From positions 224,001 through 288,000 of the forward strand of contig CAVOXA010000014.1 of NCBI GenBank assembly GCA_963700285.1: a stretch of DNA of 64,000 bases. Direction: 5' to 3'. Below are positions 47,293 to 59,749 of the stretch, in pieces. The position numbers and the translations under genes were made by a program. Within the stretch, counting starts at the first letter, position 1, and the number at the start of each line of letters is the position of its first letter. Under the pieces are notes generated by a model. The model was not told the DNA's origin, did no database searches, and was given only the letters and a program-made list of their open reading frames with translations. The stretch is from an uncultured Chloroflexia bacterium. GTDB lineage: Bacteria > Chloroflexota > Anaerolineae > JAAYZQ01.

Positions 47293-48324
47293 ATGAGAAG
47301 CCAACTGTTCGCCCGCAAGTCGATACATGAGCCATCTCCCTTCGGCAGGGCGGTATCCTACCTGCTTCTGGGCCTCTGGACCCTGGTCGTACTCTTTCCG
47401 CTATACTGGCTGCTTGTCACATCCTTCAAGCTGCCCATCGACGTCAACATGGGCCCATTCTACATCCCCTTCGTGGACTTTCAGCCTTCGCTGCATGCCT
47501 GGGAGTATATTACCGTCGGCGATCTCAGCCGCGATACGTGGCGGCCCTACCTCAATACCGTCATTGTGGCTCTATTCAGCGCCTCGCTGGCCCTGATACT
47601 GGGAACGGCCGCGGCCTATGGCCTGACCCGCTTTGAATACCGGCCCAAAGTTGGCGCCGTCCTGGTCTTTCTCGGCTGTCTGGCCCTGGTTGTCGTCATG
47701 GTCAGTTTGGGGACGCCGTGGCCGATCGCGCTCGTCGCCGGCATTGCCCTCTTTGCCATCCTGCTGAACACCATCGCCAAACGCTCTGGAAAGAGCCTGG
47801 GGAATGCCGACATCGCTTTCTGGCTCATCTCCCAGAGGATGCTGCCTCCGGTGGCGGTGGTTATCCCCATCTATGTCTTTTTCCAGCAGCTGAGACTGCT
47901 GGATACACGCACCGGCCTGATCATCACCTACCTGGCTATCAACCTGCCCATTGTGATCTGGCTGATGCGCGACTATTTCCTGACGATCCCAAAAGAGATC
48001 GAGGAATGCGCCGCCGTGGATGGCGCCTCGCGCTACCGAACCTTTTGGTCCATCGTGCTGCCCATATCGCTGCCGGGCCTGGTGGCTACTTTCCTGTTCG
48101 TGCTTGTCTTCTGCTGGAATGAGTACCTACTGGCACTGTTTCTCTCCGGGGCCAAAGCTCAAACCATGCCGCTGGTCGTTGCCGCGCAGAACGCCACCCG
48201 CGGTCCGCAGTGGTGGTACATGTCGGTGCTTATCTTGATCATGATCGCGCCTGTCATCATCATGGCCATCTTCCTGGAGCGCTTTATCGCGCGCGGCCTG
48301 TTGGTCGGAGCGGTCAAGGGCTGA
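47293..48324 (+). CDS. ABC sugar transporter permease
   Basis: LFPLYWLLVTSFK, IPKEIEECAAVDGAS, WNEYL. Confidence 0.9.
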   Translation: MRSQLFARKSIHEPSPFGRAVSYLLLGLWTLVVLFPLYWLLVTSFKLPIDVNMGPFYIPFVDFQPSLHAWEYITVGDLSRDTWRPYLNTVIVALFSASLALILGTAAAYGLTRFEYRPKVGAVLVFLGCLALVVVMVSLGTPWPIALVAGIALFAILLNTIAKRSGKSLGNADIAFWLISQRMLPPVAVVIPIYVFFQQLRLLDTRTGLIITYLAINLPIVIWLMRDYFLTIPKEIEECAAVDGASRYRTFWSIVLPISLPGLVATFLFVLVFCWNEYLLALFLSGAKAQTMPLVVAAQNATRGPQWWYMSVLILIMIAPVIIMAIFLERFIARGLLVGAVKG

Positions 48325-48405
48325 GAAGCACGCTACTTCTGCGCAGTCCGCTAGCGGACGTACGGACCCTCGCCGTATCTTGCAGAAAGAGAGGAGAAAG
48401 GGTAC

Positions 48406-49494
48406 ATGAACTCCATCAGAGTCGCATTGCGTAAAGACTGGTTCACGGAAAGGGAGCGGATGCTGGTCGACTCTGGCATCTTGAAAGCAACCATCTTTCT
48501 GTACGAAAGTGGAGTACATGCCGTCAAACTGGCGAATGAGCATGGACACATCATCGTGCTCCCCTACAAGGGGCAACAGATATGGAACGCCTTTTTTCGC
48601 GGGCGATACCTGAATATGAAGACGATGTACCATGAACCCAAGAACGCCGACCATTTCCTTGACACCTATGGCTGTTTCCTAATGCACTGCGGCCCCCTGC
48701 GCATGGGCTGCCCTGGACCTGAGGACAACCACGTTCTTCACGGCGACCTCCCGTATGCCAACTATGACGAAGCGGCACTTGAAATAGGCGAGGATGAGCA
48801 GGGTCCTTACATGGGTATCACAGGTCTGTTTGACTATAACAGAGCCTTCGGAGAAAAGTACCAGGCCCGTCCCCTGGTCAAGCTCCATGCAGGCTCATCG
48901 CTCGTTGATATCTCCATGGAAGTTCAGAACCGATCCCACTATCCAATGGAACTGATGTACATGTGTCATGTCAACTTCCACCCGGTCGACTATGGAAGAA
49001 TCGTCCAGAGTGTGGATTGGACAAGAGAATGCATGCAGGTTCGGACGGTCATTCCCGAACACGTGGAGGCATCGCCAGATTTCGTCGATTTCCTTGGCAA
49101 ACTGGAAATGGACCCAAAGCGCACCGAGATCATTCGACCCGAGGACGAGTATGATCCCGAAATTGCGTTCTTTGTGCACGCTCCAAAGGTGGATCCAAGC
49201 GGCTGGGCACACTTTATGCAGGTGCATCCCGACAAGTCGGCTGATTACATCAGGTACAAACCGGAAGAGCTCGATCACAACACGCGCTGGATATCAAGAA
49301 CAGCGGATCAAGCAGGGTTAGGTCTGGCGCTGCCTGCCACCTGTGATCCCGAGGGCTACACGGCCGAAAAGAGGAAAGGAAACATCAAAGAGATCCAAGC
49401 CAGGACCAGCGTCTCATTCTCTGTGGTGGCAGGCCATCTCCAGGAATCAGAAGCGAAAGAGATGGAACAGCTCATCAAAGATCTGGTCGCCTGA
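48406..49494 (+). CDS. DUF4432 / aldose-1-epimerase-like (DeoM-like) protein
   Basis: LPYKGQQIW, YGCFLMHCG, LHGDLP, MYMCHVNF, LPATCDPEGY. Confidence 0.8.
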   Translation: MNSIRVALRKDWFTERERMLVDSGILKATIFLYESGVHAVKLANEHGHIIVLPYKGQQIWNAFFRGRYLNMKTMYHEPKNADHFLDTYGCFLMHCGPLRMGCPGPEDNHVLHGDLPYANYDEAALEIGEDEQGPYMGITGLFDYNRAFGEKYQARPLVKLHAGSSLVDISMEVQNRSHYPMELMYMCHVNFHPVDYGRIVQSVDWTRECMQVRTVIPEHVEASPDFVDFLGKLEMDPKRTEIIRPEDEYDPEIAFFVHAPKVDPSGWAHFMQVHPDKSADYIRYKPEELDHNTRWISRTADQAGLGLALPATCDPEGYTAEKRKGNIKEIQARTSVSFSVVAGHLQESEAKEMEQLIKDLVA

Positions 49495-49561
49495 GAAGAG
49501 GTGAAGGGTAGCCATCGCCGTTTATCGAGAGGCAAACGCAGATAGACTTGCAAGGAGGTGC

Positions 49562-50332
49562 ATGATGTCGGGGGGAATCAAGGTGCTGTTTGCAGGTGAG
49601 GCGATATACACGCTGCAGACCATCTACAAGGGCAGAAACTCGTTCAGCATGGGGCGCTACTTCGAACATGGTCAGTACTTTGTCAAAGCCCTGGAGGACA
49701 ATGACATCGATTTCGACTACTGCCCAACGAACCTGGTTGCTGAGCAGTTCCCATGGACCTTGCAGGAGATGAAGGCGTACGATGTCATCGTTGTCAGTGA
49801 TGTGGGATCTGACACCTTCCTGATCTCACAGCGAACTATGGAAGGTGAAAGGACACCCAATAGGCTGCAGCTCCTGGAGCAGTATGTGGCCGAAGGTGGT
49901 GGCTTCCTGATGTGGGGAGGGTATCTCTCCTTCACGGGCATACATGGCAAGGCATTCTACAAAAGGACACCCATCGAGAAACTGCTACCGGTGAATCTGA
50001 TGGAGACTGATGACCGGGTTGAGGTCCCGGAAGGCTTCTTGCCGGCAATCGTCGAGAACGATCATCCCATCCTGAACGGGGTACCGGAGCCGTGGGAAGG
50101 CTACTTTCTCTCCTATAACAGGTTGATTCCCAAGGCTGGGGCTACGGTCGTTGCCGTGATTGAGGAATATGACAACGACCCGTTCCTGGCGGTGTGGGAT
50201 TATGGTCAAGGCAGGTCCCTGGCATCTGCCGTAGATTGTGCTTACCATGGTGCGGCTCCACCCTTCTTGAATTGGGAGTGTACAAGCCAGTTGTACGGAA
50301 ACATGGTGAGATGGTGCGCCAAGCAGATTTAG
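49562..50332 (+). CDS. Class I glutamine amidotransferase-like protein (DUF1355/GATase1-like)
   Basis: KVLFAGE, YDVIVVSDVGSDT, GGGFLMWGGYLSFTG, DDRVEVPEG, YGQGRS. Confidence 0.8.
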   Translation: MMSGGIKVLFAGEAIYTLQTIYKGRNSFSMGRYFEHGQYFVKALEDNDIDFDYCPTNLVAEQFPWTLQEMKAYDVIVVSDVGSDTFLISQRTMEGERTPNRLQLLEQYVAEGGGFLMWGGYLSFTGIHGKAFYKRTPIEKLLPVNLMETDDRVEVPEGFLPAIVENDHPILNGVPEPWEGYFLSYNRLIPKAGATVVAVIEEYDNDPFLAVWDYGQGRSLASAVDCAYHGAAPPFLNWECTSQLYGNMVRWCAKQI

Positions 50333-50452
50333 CCTCCGAGCTTTCTTCACGGGTGCTAGACGCCGAGGACCCTAAAATCCTTGGACTCTGACATAGATTG
50401 AGGACATTCGAGAGATCCCCAGTCGCTGTTAGGATTAGTTGGGAGGCGTGAG

Positions 50453-51973
50453 TTGACTTGTAGCGGTTTCATTCTGGCGCACGATCTCGGAACGACCGGG
50501 AATAAGGCCTCTCTGTTTGATGCCACCGGATCGGCCGTCGCCGCCACCTTTTCATCCTACGCGACAGCCTACCCACATCCCAACTGGGCCGAGCAGGACC
50601 CGGCTGACTGGTGGAGAGCGGTGCGCGATTCGACCCTGGAGCTCTTGGCCACCGCCGATTTGCCGCCGGCCGAGATTGCCGTCATCAGCTTCAGTGGCAT
50701 GATGAACGGTATGCTGCCCGTGGATGTGGAGGGCACTCCCCTACGCCCGGCCATCATCTGGGCTGACCTGCGGGCAACGGCCGAGGCTGACACCTTGGCC
50801 GAGCGCTGCGGCTTTGAGGAGGTCTACCGCCGGACAGGCCACCGCCCTGGCGCGTCCTACACGGCGGCCAAGATGCTGTGGCTCCGGAGCCACCAGCCCG
50901 ACCTTTACGCCCGCACCTTCCGCGTTCTCCAGGCGAAGGATTATGTCGCTCACAGACTGAGTGGCGCCTTTGCCACAGATTACTCGGATGCCTCCAGCAC
51001 CAATCTCTTTGACCTGGAGCAGCGAGACTGGGCCGTCGACATTATCGAGGCGGTGGACCTAGACCCGGAGAAACTGCCGCCAGCCCTCCCCTCCAGCACG
51101 GTCATCGGCCAGGTGACGCGGGAGGCCGCCGCTGAGACCGGTCTGCTGGCTGGCACGCCGGTCGTCATCGGCGGCGGCGATGGCGCCTGCGCCACCGTCG
51201 GTGCCGGTTCCGTCAAGCCGGGCGACGCCTACAATTATGTCGGATCCTCGTCCTGGATCGCCGTGACCTCGGAACAACCGCTCCACGACCCGCAAATGAG
51301 GACCTTTACCTTCGCCCATCTAGACCCAGCGCTCTATTTTCCCACGGGTACGATGCAATGCGCTGGCGGCTCCTTTGATTGGCTGGAGCGGTTGCTGCGC
51401 GACGAGGGCAGCGACAAGCTATACGACGAACTGGGCACGGCGGCAGCAATGGTCAAGCCGGGAGCGAATGGGTTGCTCTTCCTGCCTTACCTCATTGGTG
51501 AGCGAAGTCCCCATTGGAACCCGTTGGCCCGGGGGGCATTCGTGGGGCTGACCATGACCCACGGCCGCCCCGAGATGGCCCGCGCGGTGATGGAGGGGGT
51601 GGCCCTGAATCTAAGGATGATCCTCGATGCCTTCCAGGGGCAAGGTGCCGGCATCGAGGCCATGCGCCTCATCGGCGGTGGTGCGCGGAGCCCGCTGTGG
51701 CGGCAGATCCTGGCCGACGCTTACGGCTTGGCGATCCTGCGGCCCGAACTCCTGGCCGAGGCCACCTCGTTGGGTGCGGCCATCGCCGGAGGCATCGGTG
51801 TTGGCCTGTTCACCGACTATAGCATAGCCCATGAGTTCGTCCAGGTGGAGCCCGGTGAGCAACCCGATCCTGGCCGTAGCCAGCAGTACGCCCGCTTGCT
51901 CGAACTGTTCCAGCGTACCTATGCCCTTTTGGAACCAGTCTTTGAGGATCTGGCCGGCATTGAGCAGCATTGA
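50453..51973 (+). CDS. xylB: FGGY-family carbohydrate kinase (xylulokinase-like)
   Basis: AHDLGTTGNK, EQDPADWW, IIWADLR, TDYSDAS, GGGDG, FLPYLIGERSPHW, GGGARS. Confidence 0.85.
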   Translation: MTCSGFILAHDLGTTGNKASLFDATGSAVAATFSSYATAYPHPNWAEQDPADWWRAVRDSTLELLATADLPPAEIAVISFSGMMNGMLPVDVEGTPLRPAIIWADLRATAEADTLAERCGFEEVYRRTGHRPGASYTAAKMLWLRSHQPDLYARTFRVLQAKDYVAHRLSGAFATDYSDASSTNLFDLEQRDWAVDIIEAVDLDPEKLPPALPSSTVIGQVTREAAAETGLLAGTPVVIGGGDGACATVGAGSVKPGDAYNYVGSSSWIAVTSEQPLHDPQMRTFTFAHLDPALYFPTGTMQCAGGSFDWLERLLRDEGSDKLYDELGTAAAMVKPGANGLLFLPYLIGERSPHWNPLARGAFVGLTMTHGRPEMARAVMEGVALNLRMILDAFQGQGAGIEAMRLIGGGARSPLWRQILADAYGLAILRPELLAEATSLGAAIAGGIGVGLFTDYSIAHEFVQVEPGEQPDPGRSQQYARLLELFQRTYALLEPVFEDLAGIEQH

Positions 51974-52284
51974 GGGTATCTTTCCCTGCGTTACCGGGGG
52001 TGGCCATGCCGTCAGGGCTCACAAATCCTTCGGCAGGGGCACCATGAGCGATACGCCGGCTTCCAGGTCAGGTTTTCCGAACCACGCGGCTGCAGCGACA
52101 TGGGCGTGCGGATGAGTATGCCGATCTTTGACCCATCCTTTGACCAGGAGGTCGCGTTCTTGTCGACTGCTGAGATCGGCGCAATGAAGCCGGATGAAGC
52201 AGCAGCCGCGGCTGAGAGAACCGGCCCGATCTGGCGAATGGAGCTGGTACTGTTCCGGCGCTGCGCGATAGATAGAAGCCATCT

Positions 52285-53241
52285 ATGATCTACCGGGAAC
52301 TGGGTAATACAGGGCTCAAGGTCTCTACCCTCAGCTACGGCGCCTCGCCGCTGGGCAACGAGTTCGGCGCTGCCGACCCAGGGGAGGGCCTGCGGGCCGT
52401 CCACTATGCCATCGAACAGGGGATCAACTACTTTGACGTTTCCCCCTACTATGGTCGCACCCTGGCCGAGACCCGCCTGGGGCAGGCCCTGGCCGGCCAC
52501 CGGGACAAGGTCTACCTGGCAACCAAGATGGGACGCTATGATACAGATGTCTTTGATTTCTCGGCCGGGCGCGTGTTCAGCTCGGTGGAGGAGAGCCTCA
52601 GGCGCCTGCAAACCGAAACCATCGACGTCTTTCAGATCCATGATATCGAATACGGCAGCAAGGATCAGATCATAAACGAGACGCTGCCGGCCATGTTCAA
52701 GCTAAAGGAAGCCGGGAAGATCCGCTTTGTGGGCATTACCGGCTACCCCGTGGGCATTCTCAGCGACGTAGCCGAGGCGACAGACGTTGATACCATCCTG
52801 ACCTACTGCCGCTACAACCTGTTGGACAGAACCATGGACGATGCCTTGGTCCCCGTGGCGCAACGCAGGGACATCGGCTTGATCAATGGTTCGCCGCTGC
52901 ACATGCGCGTGCTGACCGAAAAGGGTGCGCCGGACTGGCACCCGGCTCCCAAGCGCGTGCTTGAGGTGGGCCAGCAGGTCGCCCAGTACTGCCGCGACCA
53001 GGGCGTGGACGTGGCCGACCTGGCCCTGCAATTCGCCCTGCAGCACGAGGGCGTGGCCACGACCTTGGTGGGCATGAGCAAGGTCCGCAGCGTGGAACGG
53101 AACCTCAGGTCGGTGGGCATTGCCCCCGACCCCGAGCTGCTGGCCACCGTCCTGCGGATGATCGAGCCCGTGGCCAACGTCTGCTGGAAAGAGGGCCGCC
53201 CCGAGAACAACGACCCCGGCGCGGTGGAGAAGCAGTCGTGA
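52285..53241 (+). CDS. Aldo/keto reductase, L-galactose/L-fucose dehydrogenase-like
   Basis: YRELGNTGLKVS, GASPLG, NYFDVSPYYG, ATKMGRY, QIHDIEY, GITGYP. Confidence 0.88.
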   Translation: MIYRELGNTGLKVSTLSYGASPLGNEFGAADPGEGLRAVHYAIEQGINYFDVSPYYGRTLAETRLGQALAGHRDKVYLATKMGRYDTDVFDFSAGRVFSSVEESLRRLQTETIDVFQIHDIEYGSKDQIINETLPAMFKLKEAGKIRFVGITGYPVGILSDVAEATDVDTILTYCRYNLLDRTMDDALVPVAQRRDIGLINGSPLHMRVLTEKGAPDWHPAPKRVLEVGQQVAQYCRDQGVDVADLALQFALQHEGVATTLVGMSKVRSVERNLRSVGIAPDPELLATVLRMIEPVANVCWKEGRPENNDPGAVEKQS

Positions 53242-54074
53242 GGATCGACGCGCACCAGCATTTCTGGCGCTACACACCCCAGGACTATGGCTGGATTGGC
53301 CCCGGTATGGAGGTCATCCAGAAGGACCACCTTCCCGGCGACCTGGTGGCGCTTGCCGACCCGCTGGGCATCGGCGGCAGCGTAGCCGTCCAGGCCCGCC
53401 AGACCCTGGCCGAAACCCAGTGGCTGCTGGATCTGGCCGAGCAGCATCCACTGATCAAGGGCGTCGTCGGCTGGGTGGACCTGCAAAACCCCAGGCTGGA
53501 CGAACAACTGGAGCGTTTCTGCGCCTCTCCCTACTTTCGGGGGGTCCGCCACGTTGTCCAAGACGAGTCCGTCGACCAGTTCATGCTGCGGCCCGCTTTC
53601 CTGGGGGGCCTCTCGGCGTTGGCCGATTTCGGCCTGACCTACGACATTCTGATCTTTCCCCGGCACCTGCCCGTGGCTTGCCAGGTGGTGGAGCGCTGCC
53701 CGCACCAGCCCTTCGTACTGGACCACATGGCCAAGCCGCATATCAGGGACCGCGCCATGGAGCCGTGGGCCCAAGATATCCGGCGTCTGGCCGCCTATCC
53801 CAACGTAGCCTGCAAGGTCTCGGGTATGGTGACCGAGGCTGATTGGCAGCGCTGGCAGCCCGGCGACCTGAGGCCGTACCTGGATGTTGCTTTTGAGGCA
53901 TTTGGTCCGGCTCGGATCATGTTCGGCTCTGACTGGCCGGTGTGCACCGTGGCCGGCAGCTATGCCCAGGTGGCCGGCCTTGTCGGTGATTATGTCGAGA
54001 ACCTTTCCACAGACGAACAGGCAGAGGTCTGGGGCGGCACAGCCACCAAATTCTATGGGTTGGGGGCACGATGA
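53238..54074 (+). CDS. Amidohydrolase, L-fucono/L-galactono-1,5-lactonase-like (COG3618)
   Basis: IDAHQHFW, VAVQA, GVRH, LDHMAKP, CKVSG, MFGSDWPV. Confidence 0.9.
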   Translation: MRIDAHQHFWRYTPQDYGWIGPGMEVIQKDHLPGDLVALADPLGIGGSVAVQARQTLAETQWLLDLAEQHPLIKGVVGWVDLQNPRLDEQLERFCASPYFRGVRHVVQDESVDQFMLRPAFLGGLSALADFGLTYDILIFPRHLPVACQVVERCPHQPFVLDHMAKPHIRDRAMEPWAQDIRRLAAYPNVACKVSGMVTEADWQRWQPGDLRPYLDVAFEAFGPARIMFGSDWPVCTVAGSYAQVAGLVGDYVENLSTDEQAEVWGGTATKFYGLGAR

Positions 54075-55098
54075 AAGCTATCTCACTGCCAGAGCCGGGC
54101 AAAGTCGAGATCGTCGACGTACCCGAGCCCCAAGTGGGGCCCGAGGACGTTCTGGTGGAAATCGGCTACGCCGGCCTGTGCGGCAGCGATCTGGGCATGT
54201 ACCGGGGCACCTTTGCCATCGGCACCTATCCAACGATCCCGGGCCACGAAGTCAGCGGGACCATCGTCGCCAGGGGCAGCCAGGTTCCAGACTCGATCCA
54301 GAATGGCGCCAGGGTGACGCTCTGGCCCTACAGCGAGTGCGGCATCTGTCCGGCCTGCCGCCTGGGCCGGATCAATACCTGCCAATTCAACGAGACGCTG
54401 GGCCTGCAACGCGACGGGGCCATGGTGGAGCGCTTTGCCATCCACTACAGCAAGGTATTCTCCAGCCAGGTGCTCACCCTGGAGGAATTGGCCCTGGTCG
54501 AGCCCATGAGCGTCGGCTACCACGCCGCTAACCGGGGGCAGGTGGGCGAAATCGACTCGGTGCTCGTCATCGGCTGCGGCACCATCGGCATGGGCGCCGT
54601 GGCAGCCGCGGTGCGTAAGGGGGCGACCGTCCTCGCCGCAGACGTAGACGACGGCAAGCTGGAACTGGCTCGCCGTTTTGGTGCGCAGCACACCATCAAC
54701 TCGACCAGGGAGGACCTGCTGGAGCAGGTCGCCCACCTTACAAAGGACGAAGGGGTGGCTGTGGCCATCGAAGCCGTGGGCCTGCCCCAGACCTACCGCC
54801 TGGCCGTGGACGCCGTCAGCTACGCCGGGCGAGTGGTTTATGTCGGCTATGCCAATCAGGAAGTGTCCTACAACACGACACTCATTGTGCGCAAGGAGCT
54901 GGACATCCGCGGCTCGCGCAACGCGCTGCGCGTCTTCCCGGCCGTGATCAAGATGCTGGAAGGACGGCAGCAGCCATTCACCGACCTGATCACCCGGGTC
55001 TTTCCCTTTGCGGAGACGGCCCAGGCGCTGGAGGATTGGAGCCAGAACCCGGCGCCTTTGCCAAAATCCTGATTGACCTGACCGGCGATCTGGGCTAG
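54071..55098 (+). CDS. Zn-dependent dehydrogenase, L-galactonate/L-gulonate 5-dehydrogenase-like (1-nt frameshift near 55050)
   Basis: GLCGSD, GHEVSG, CGICPAC..C, LVEPMSVGYHA, GSRNA; corrected end NPGAFAKILIDLTGDLG*. Confidence 0.85.
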
Positions 55099-55213
55099 TC
55101 TTTTTTGTTTTCTTCCTCCTCCTCTGGCCGTCCCGCTCCCCCATCGCCACCGCGCCGGGTTGGTGGGGAGCGGGAAGGTCCAGGATCCAAGCGGAGGGAG
55201 GCTAGGATAGATC

Positions 55214-56264
55214 ATGGAATCCCAAGTGCAGGGCAGGCTGGACCATCAGAGAGCCTTCTGGGAAAAGAGCAACCACGACCGGCCGGTGATCGGCTTTACC
55301 GGCAGCTACTTTGCGCCTGACACCGTCCAGCTCATCGGGCGCGAGCAGGGGCGAGTAGCGCCTGAGGACATTGACATCAGCCGCATCCTGGCCTACACCG
55401 AGGCCCAGTTCGAGGCGTGGCAGGACTGCACCGGCGACCTGTTCTGGACCGCAACACAACTGTACCAGTTTCGCTGGCTGGCCGCGGCGGTCGGCGCGCC
55501 GGTCTTCGCGGGCGGCGACTCGGTCTGGGCCGAGCCCTTTGTCGAAGACTATGGGCAGATCCAGTGCATCGAGGTTGGCGGCGAGGGTCCCTGGCTGGGG
55601 GTCCTGTGGCAGCTCACCGACGCCATGGTGGAACAGGCCAACGGCCGCTATCCGGTGGCCGCCAACGAGTTCATGAGCCCGCTCAGCGCCCTGGTCGACC
55701 TGCGCGGCAACACCGAGTTTGCCTTTGACCTTTACGACCGGCCTGACGAGGCCGGACCTGCTCTGAGCAGGTTCACCGAGGTCTGGCTGGACCTGGTCAC
55801 GACAGTACGAGCGCATCCCGGACTGGCACGGTGGCTACCCCAGCGCGCAGCGCTACATCTGGGCGCCGGGCCGGATCATCGAGTTCAGCGAGGATCCGGC
55901 CTTCATGCTCTCGTCACGGTTCCACGACGAGATCGTGATGCCCTCCCACGCCCGGGTCGTGCAGCAGGTCGAGTATCCCTATATCCATCTGCACTCGACC
56001 CAGCTCCACACGCTGGACCGCCTGCTGGAGATGGAGGACCTGGTCGCCATCGAGCTGACGCCCGACCATGGGGCATCGATCCCGGAGCTGATCCCGACGA
56101 TGGCCAAGATCCAGGCGAACAAACCGCTGATCGTGCATGCCTTCTTTTCGGCCGAGGAGATGCGCATGATCGTCGACAGGCTCCCGCCGGAGGGCCTGTG
56201 CGTCATTGGCCGGGCCGACACGCCCGACGAGGCCCGCCGTCTGCGAGACGCGGTGCGCGGATGA
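55214..56264 (+). CDS. UroD/methylcobalamin methyltransferase-superfamily-like protein (frameshift near 55800)
   Basis: FWEK..HDRPV, LVDLRG..EFAFDLYDRPD, then in another frame WAPG..SED..MLS..F, IHLHS, PEGL. Confidence 0.6.
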
Positions 56265-56330
56265 CGGCGCAGGTCCAGGGCTGAACAAAGGATCAATCAC
56301 TCAACACGCGATATGCAAGGAGGATCAACA

Positions 56331-58146
<1,816 letters not shown>

Positions 58147-58234
58147 ACAGCAGGCAGCAGTTGGGCTAAACTGACAGGCAGGGCATCGTGATGCCCTGCC
58201 TGTTTGACATTCAAGAATCCTGCGAGGTGGAAAC

Positions 58235-59320
58235 ATGAACAGCAATCCTGGCGACCGTCCCACGGAATCCGTGGCCGGTACCATGCGCGCGGCACGCCTG
58301 CACGGCATCCGCGACCTGCGGCTTGAGACACTGCCAAGGCCGGTACCCGGCCCTGGCAAAGTTCTGCTCAAGGTGGCCGCGGTAGGCGTCTGCGGCTCGG
58401 ACGTGCACTATTACCTGGAGGGCCGTATTGGCAGCCAGGTCGTGACCGGGCCCATGATCTTGGGCCACGAATTCTCGGCCTGGGTGGCCGAATTGGGCGA
58501 GGGCGTCACGGGGCTGGAACTTGGGCAGTTGGTCGCCGTCGAGGCCGGCGTCCCCTGCGGCGCCTGCGAGCAGTGCCTGCTGGGCCACCCCAACCTGTGC
58601 CCCAACGTGCGCTTTTGCAGCACACCGCCGGTCGATGGGGTGTACGCCGAGTACACCGTTATGCCGGCGGAAAACTGCTACCCCCAACCCGAGGGCATGG
58701 GGCCCGTCGAAGGCGCCATGCTGGAGCCGCTGGGCATCGCCATCCACACCGTGGACCTGGGCCACCTGAAGGCCGGAGACACCGTGGCCGTGTTGGGCGC
58801 CGGGCCCATCGGCCTGCTGACCGCGGCGGTGGCCCGGGCAGCCGGGGCCAGCGAGGTCTATATGACCGAGCCACTGGCCTTCCGCCGACGATTTGCCCTG
58901 GATCATGTCGCCGACGCTGCGCTGGACCCAACAGAATGCGACATCACACACGAGATCCTGCGCCTGACCGGCGGCCGGGGGGTCGACGTGGCCTTTGAGG
59001 CAGCCGGCGCGCCAGAGACCCCGCAGCAGGCGGCCTCTGTGACCCGCATCGGCGGCAAGGTCATCATCGCCGGCATCCCCTCGGAGGACGTGATGACCTT
59101 CAGTCCTGATACCGTGCGCCGGAGGGGTCTGACGATCAAGATGGTCCGCCGCTCCAAGCATACCTACGAGCGAGCTTTCCGCCTGGTCCGGACAGGCCAG
59201 GTGGACATCAAGTCGCTGGCCACGCACCTGCTGCCCCTGGAGCGCATCAACGAGGCCTTTGAGATGGTGGCTGGCTATCAGGATGGCGTATTGCGGGCGG
59301 TAATCGAGATCGCGCAGTAA
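58235..59320 (+). CDS. Zn-dependent polyol dehydrogenase (sorbitol/L-iditol dehydrogenase-like)
   Basis: VGVCGSDVHYY, LGHEFS, CGACEQC..C, GAMLEPL, GAGPIG. Confidence 0.88.
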   Translation: MNSNPGDRPTESVAGTMRAARLHGIRDLRLETLPRPVPGPGKVLLKVAAVGVCGSDVHYYLEGRIGSQVVTGPMILGHEFSAWVAELGEGVTGLELGQLVAVEAGVPCGACEQCLLGHPNLCPNVRFCSTPPVDGVYAEYTVMPAENCYPQPEGMGPVEGAMLEPLGIAIHTVDLGHLKAGDTVAVLGAGPIGLLTAAVARAAGASEVYMTEPLAFRRRFALDHVADAALDPTECDITHEILRLTGGRGVDVAFEAAGAPETPQQAASVTRIGGKVIIAGIPSEDVMTFSPDTVRRRGLTIKMVRRSKHTYERAFRLVRTGQVDIKSLATHLLPLERINEAFEMVAGYQDGVLRAVIEIAQ

Positions 59321-59353
59321 GGAAATGCGGGCACTCTGAGGGCCGCTGGGCGA

Positions 59354-59458
59354 CTATAACGGCAGTCCCCGCTCTAGCTGCTGACGGTCGAGGGTGATGA
59401 GGCAGTCGTCCAACTGATCCGCCAGGGAGATGGAGACGCTAGCATCAAGGACAGCCAC
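59354..59458 (-). pseudogene. VapC/PIN toxin with a large internal in-frame deletion (34 aa left)
   Basis: MAVLDASV (PIN start) joined directly to SISLADQLDDCLITLDRQQLERG (PIN C-terminal ITxD motif). Confidence 0.7.
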
Positions 59459-59461
59459 GCT

Positions 59462-59731
59462 TCACCTGCGCTGCGCGGCGACGAGTTCGACGCCGCTCTT
59501 CTCTGAACTCCAGGCTGCTGCGACCTCCTGCGCCAGGATCCTCATCTCCGCCATGCTCTCGTCGATCTTGCTCTGGCGCAGCCGATGGGCCTCAGCTTTG
59601 GACAGTGGTCTGAGAATTGCCACCGACTCGCCCCGTGGGGTCACGACGTATTCAGCCATCTCTTCCCGCACGGAGCGTATCACGCGCGACGTCTGATTCT
59701 TCAGTTCGCGCACACCGATGGTGTCCGCCAT
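59462..59731 (-). CDS. Phd/YefM-family antitoxin
   Basis: TIGVRELKNQTSRVIRSVRE...YVVTPRGESVAILRP. Confidence 0.85.
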   Translation of the reverse strand: MADTIGVRELKNQTSRVIRSVREEMAEYVVTPRGESVAILRPLSKAEAHRLRQSKIDESMAEMRILAQEVAAAWSSEKSGVELVAAQRR

Positions 59732-59749
59732 GATCAACCTCCCAATGCT

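Noticed and set aside
52100-52288. Short ORF with STAEIGAMKPD, resembling a HAD hydrolase motif
   Set aside because: Too short and lacks the other HAD motifs; it may be a remnant but cannot be supported.
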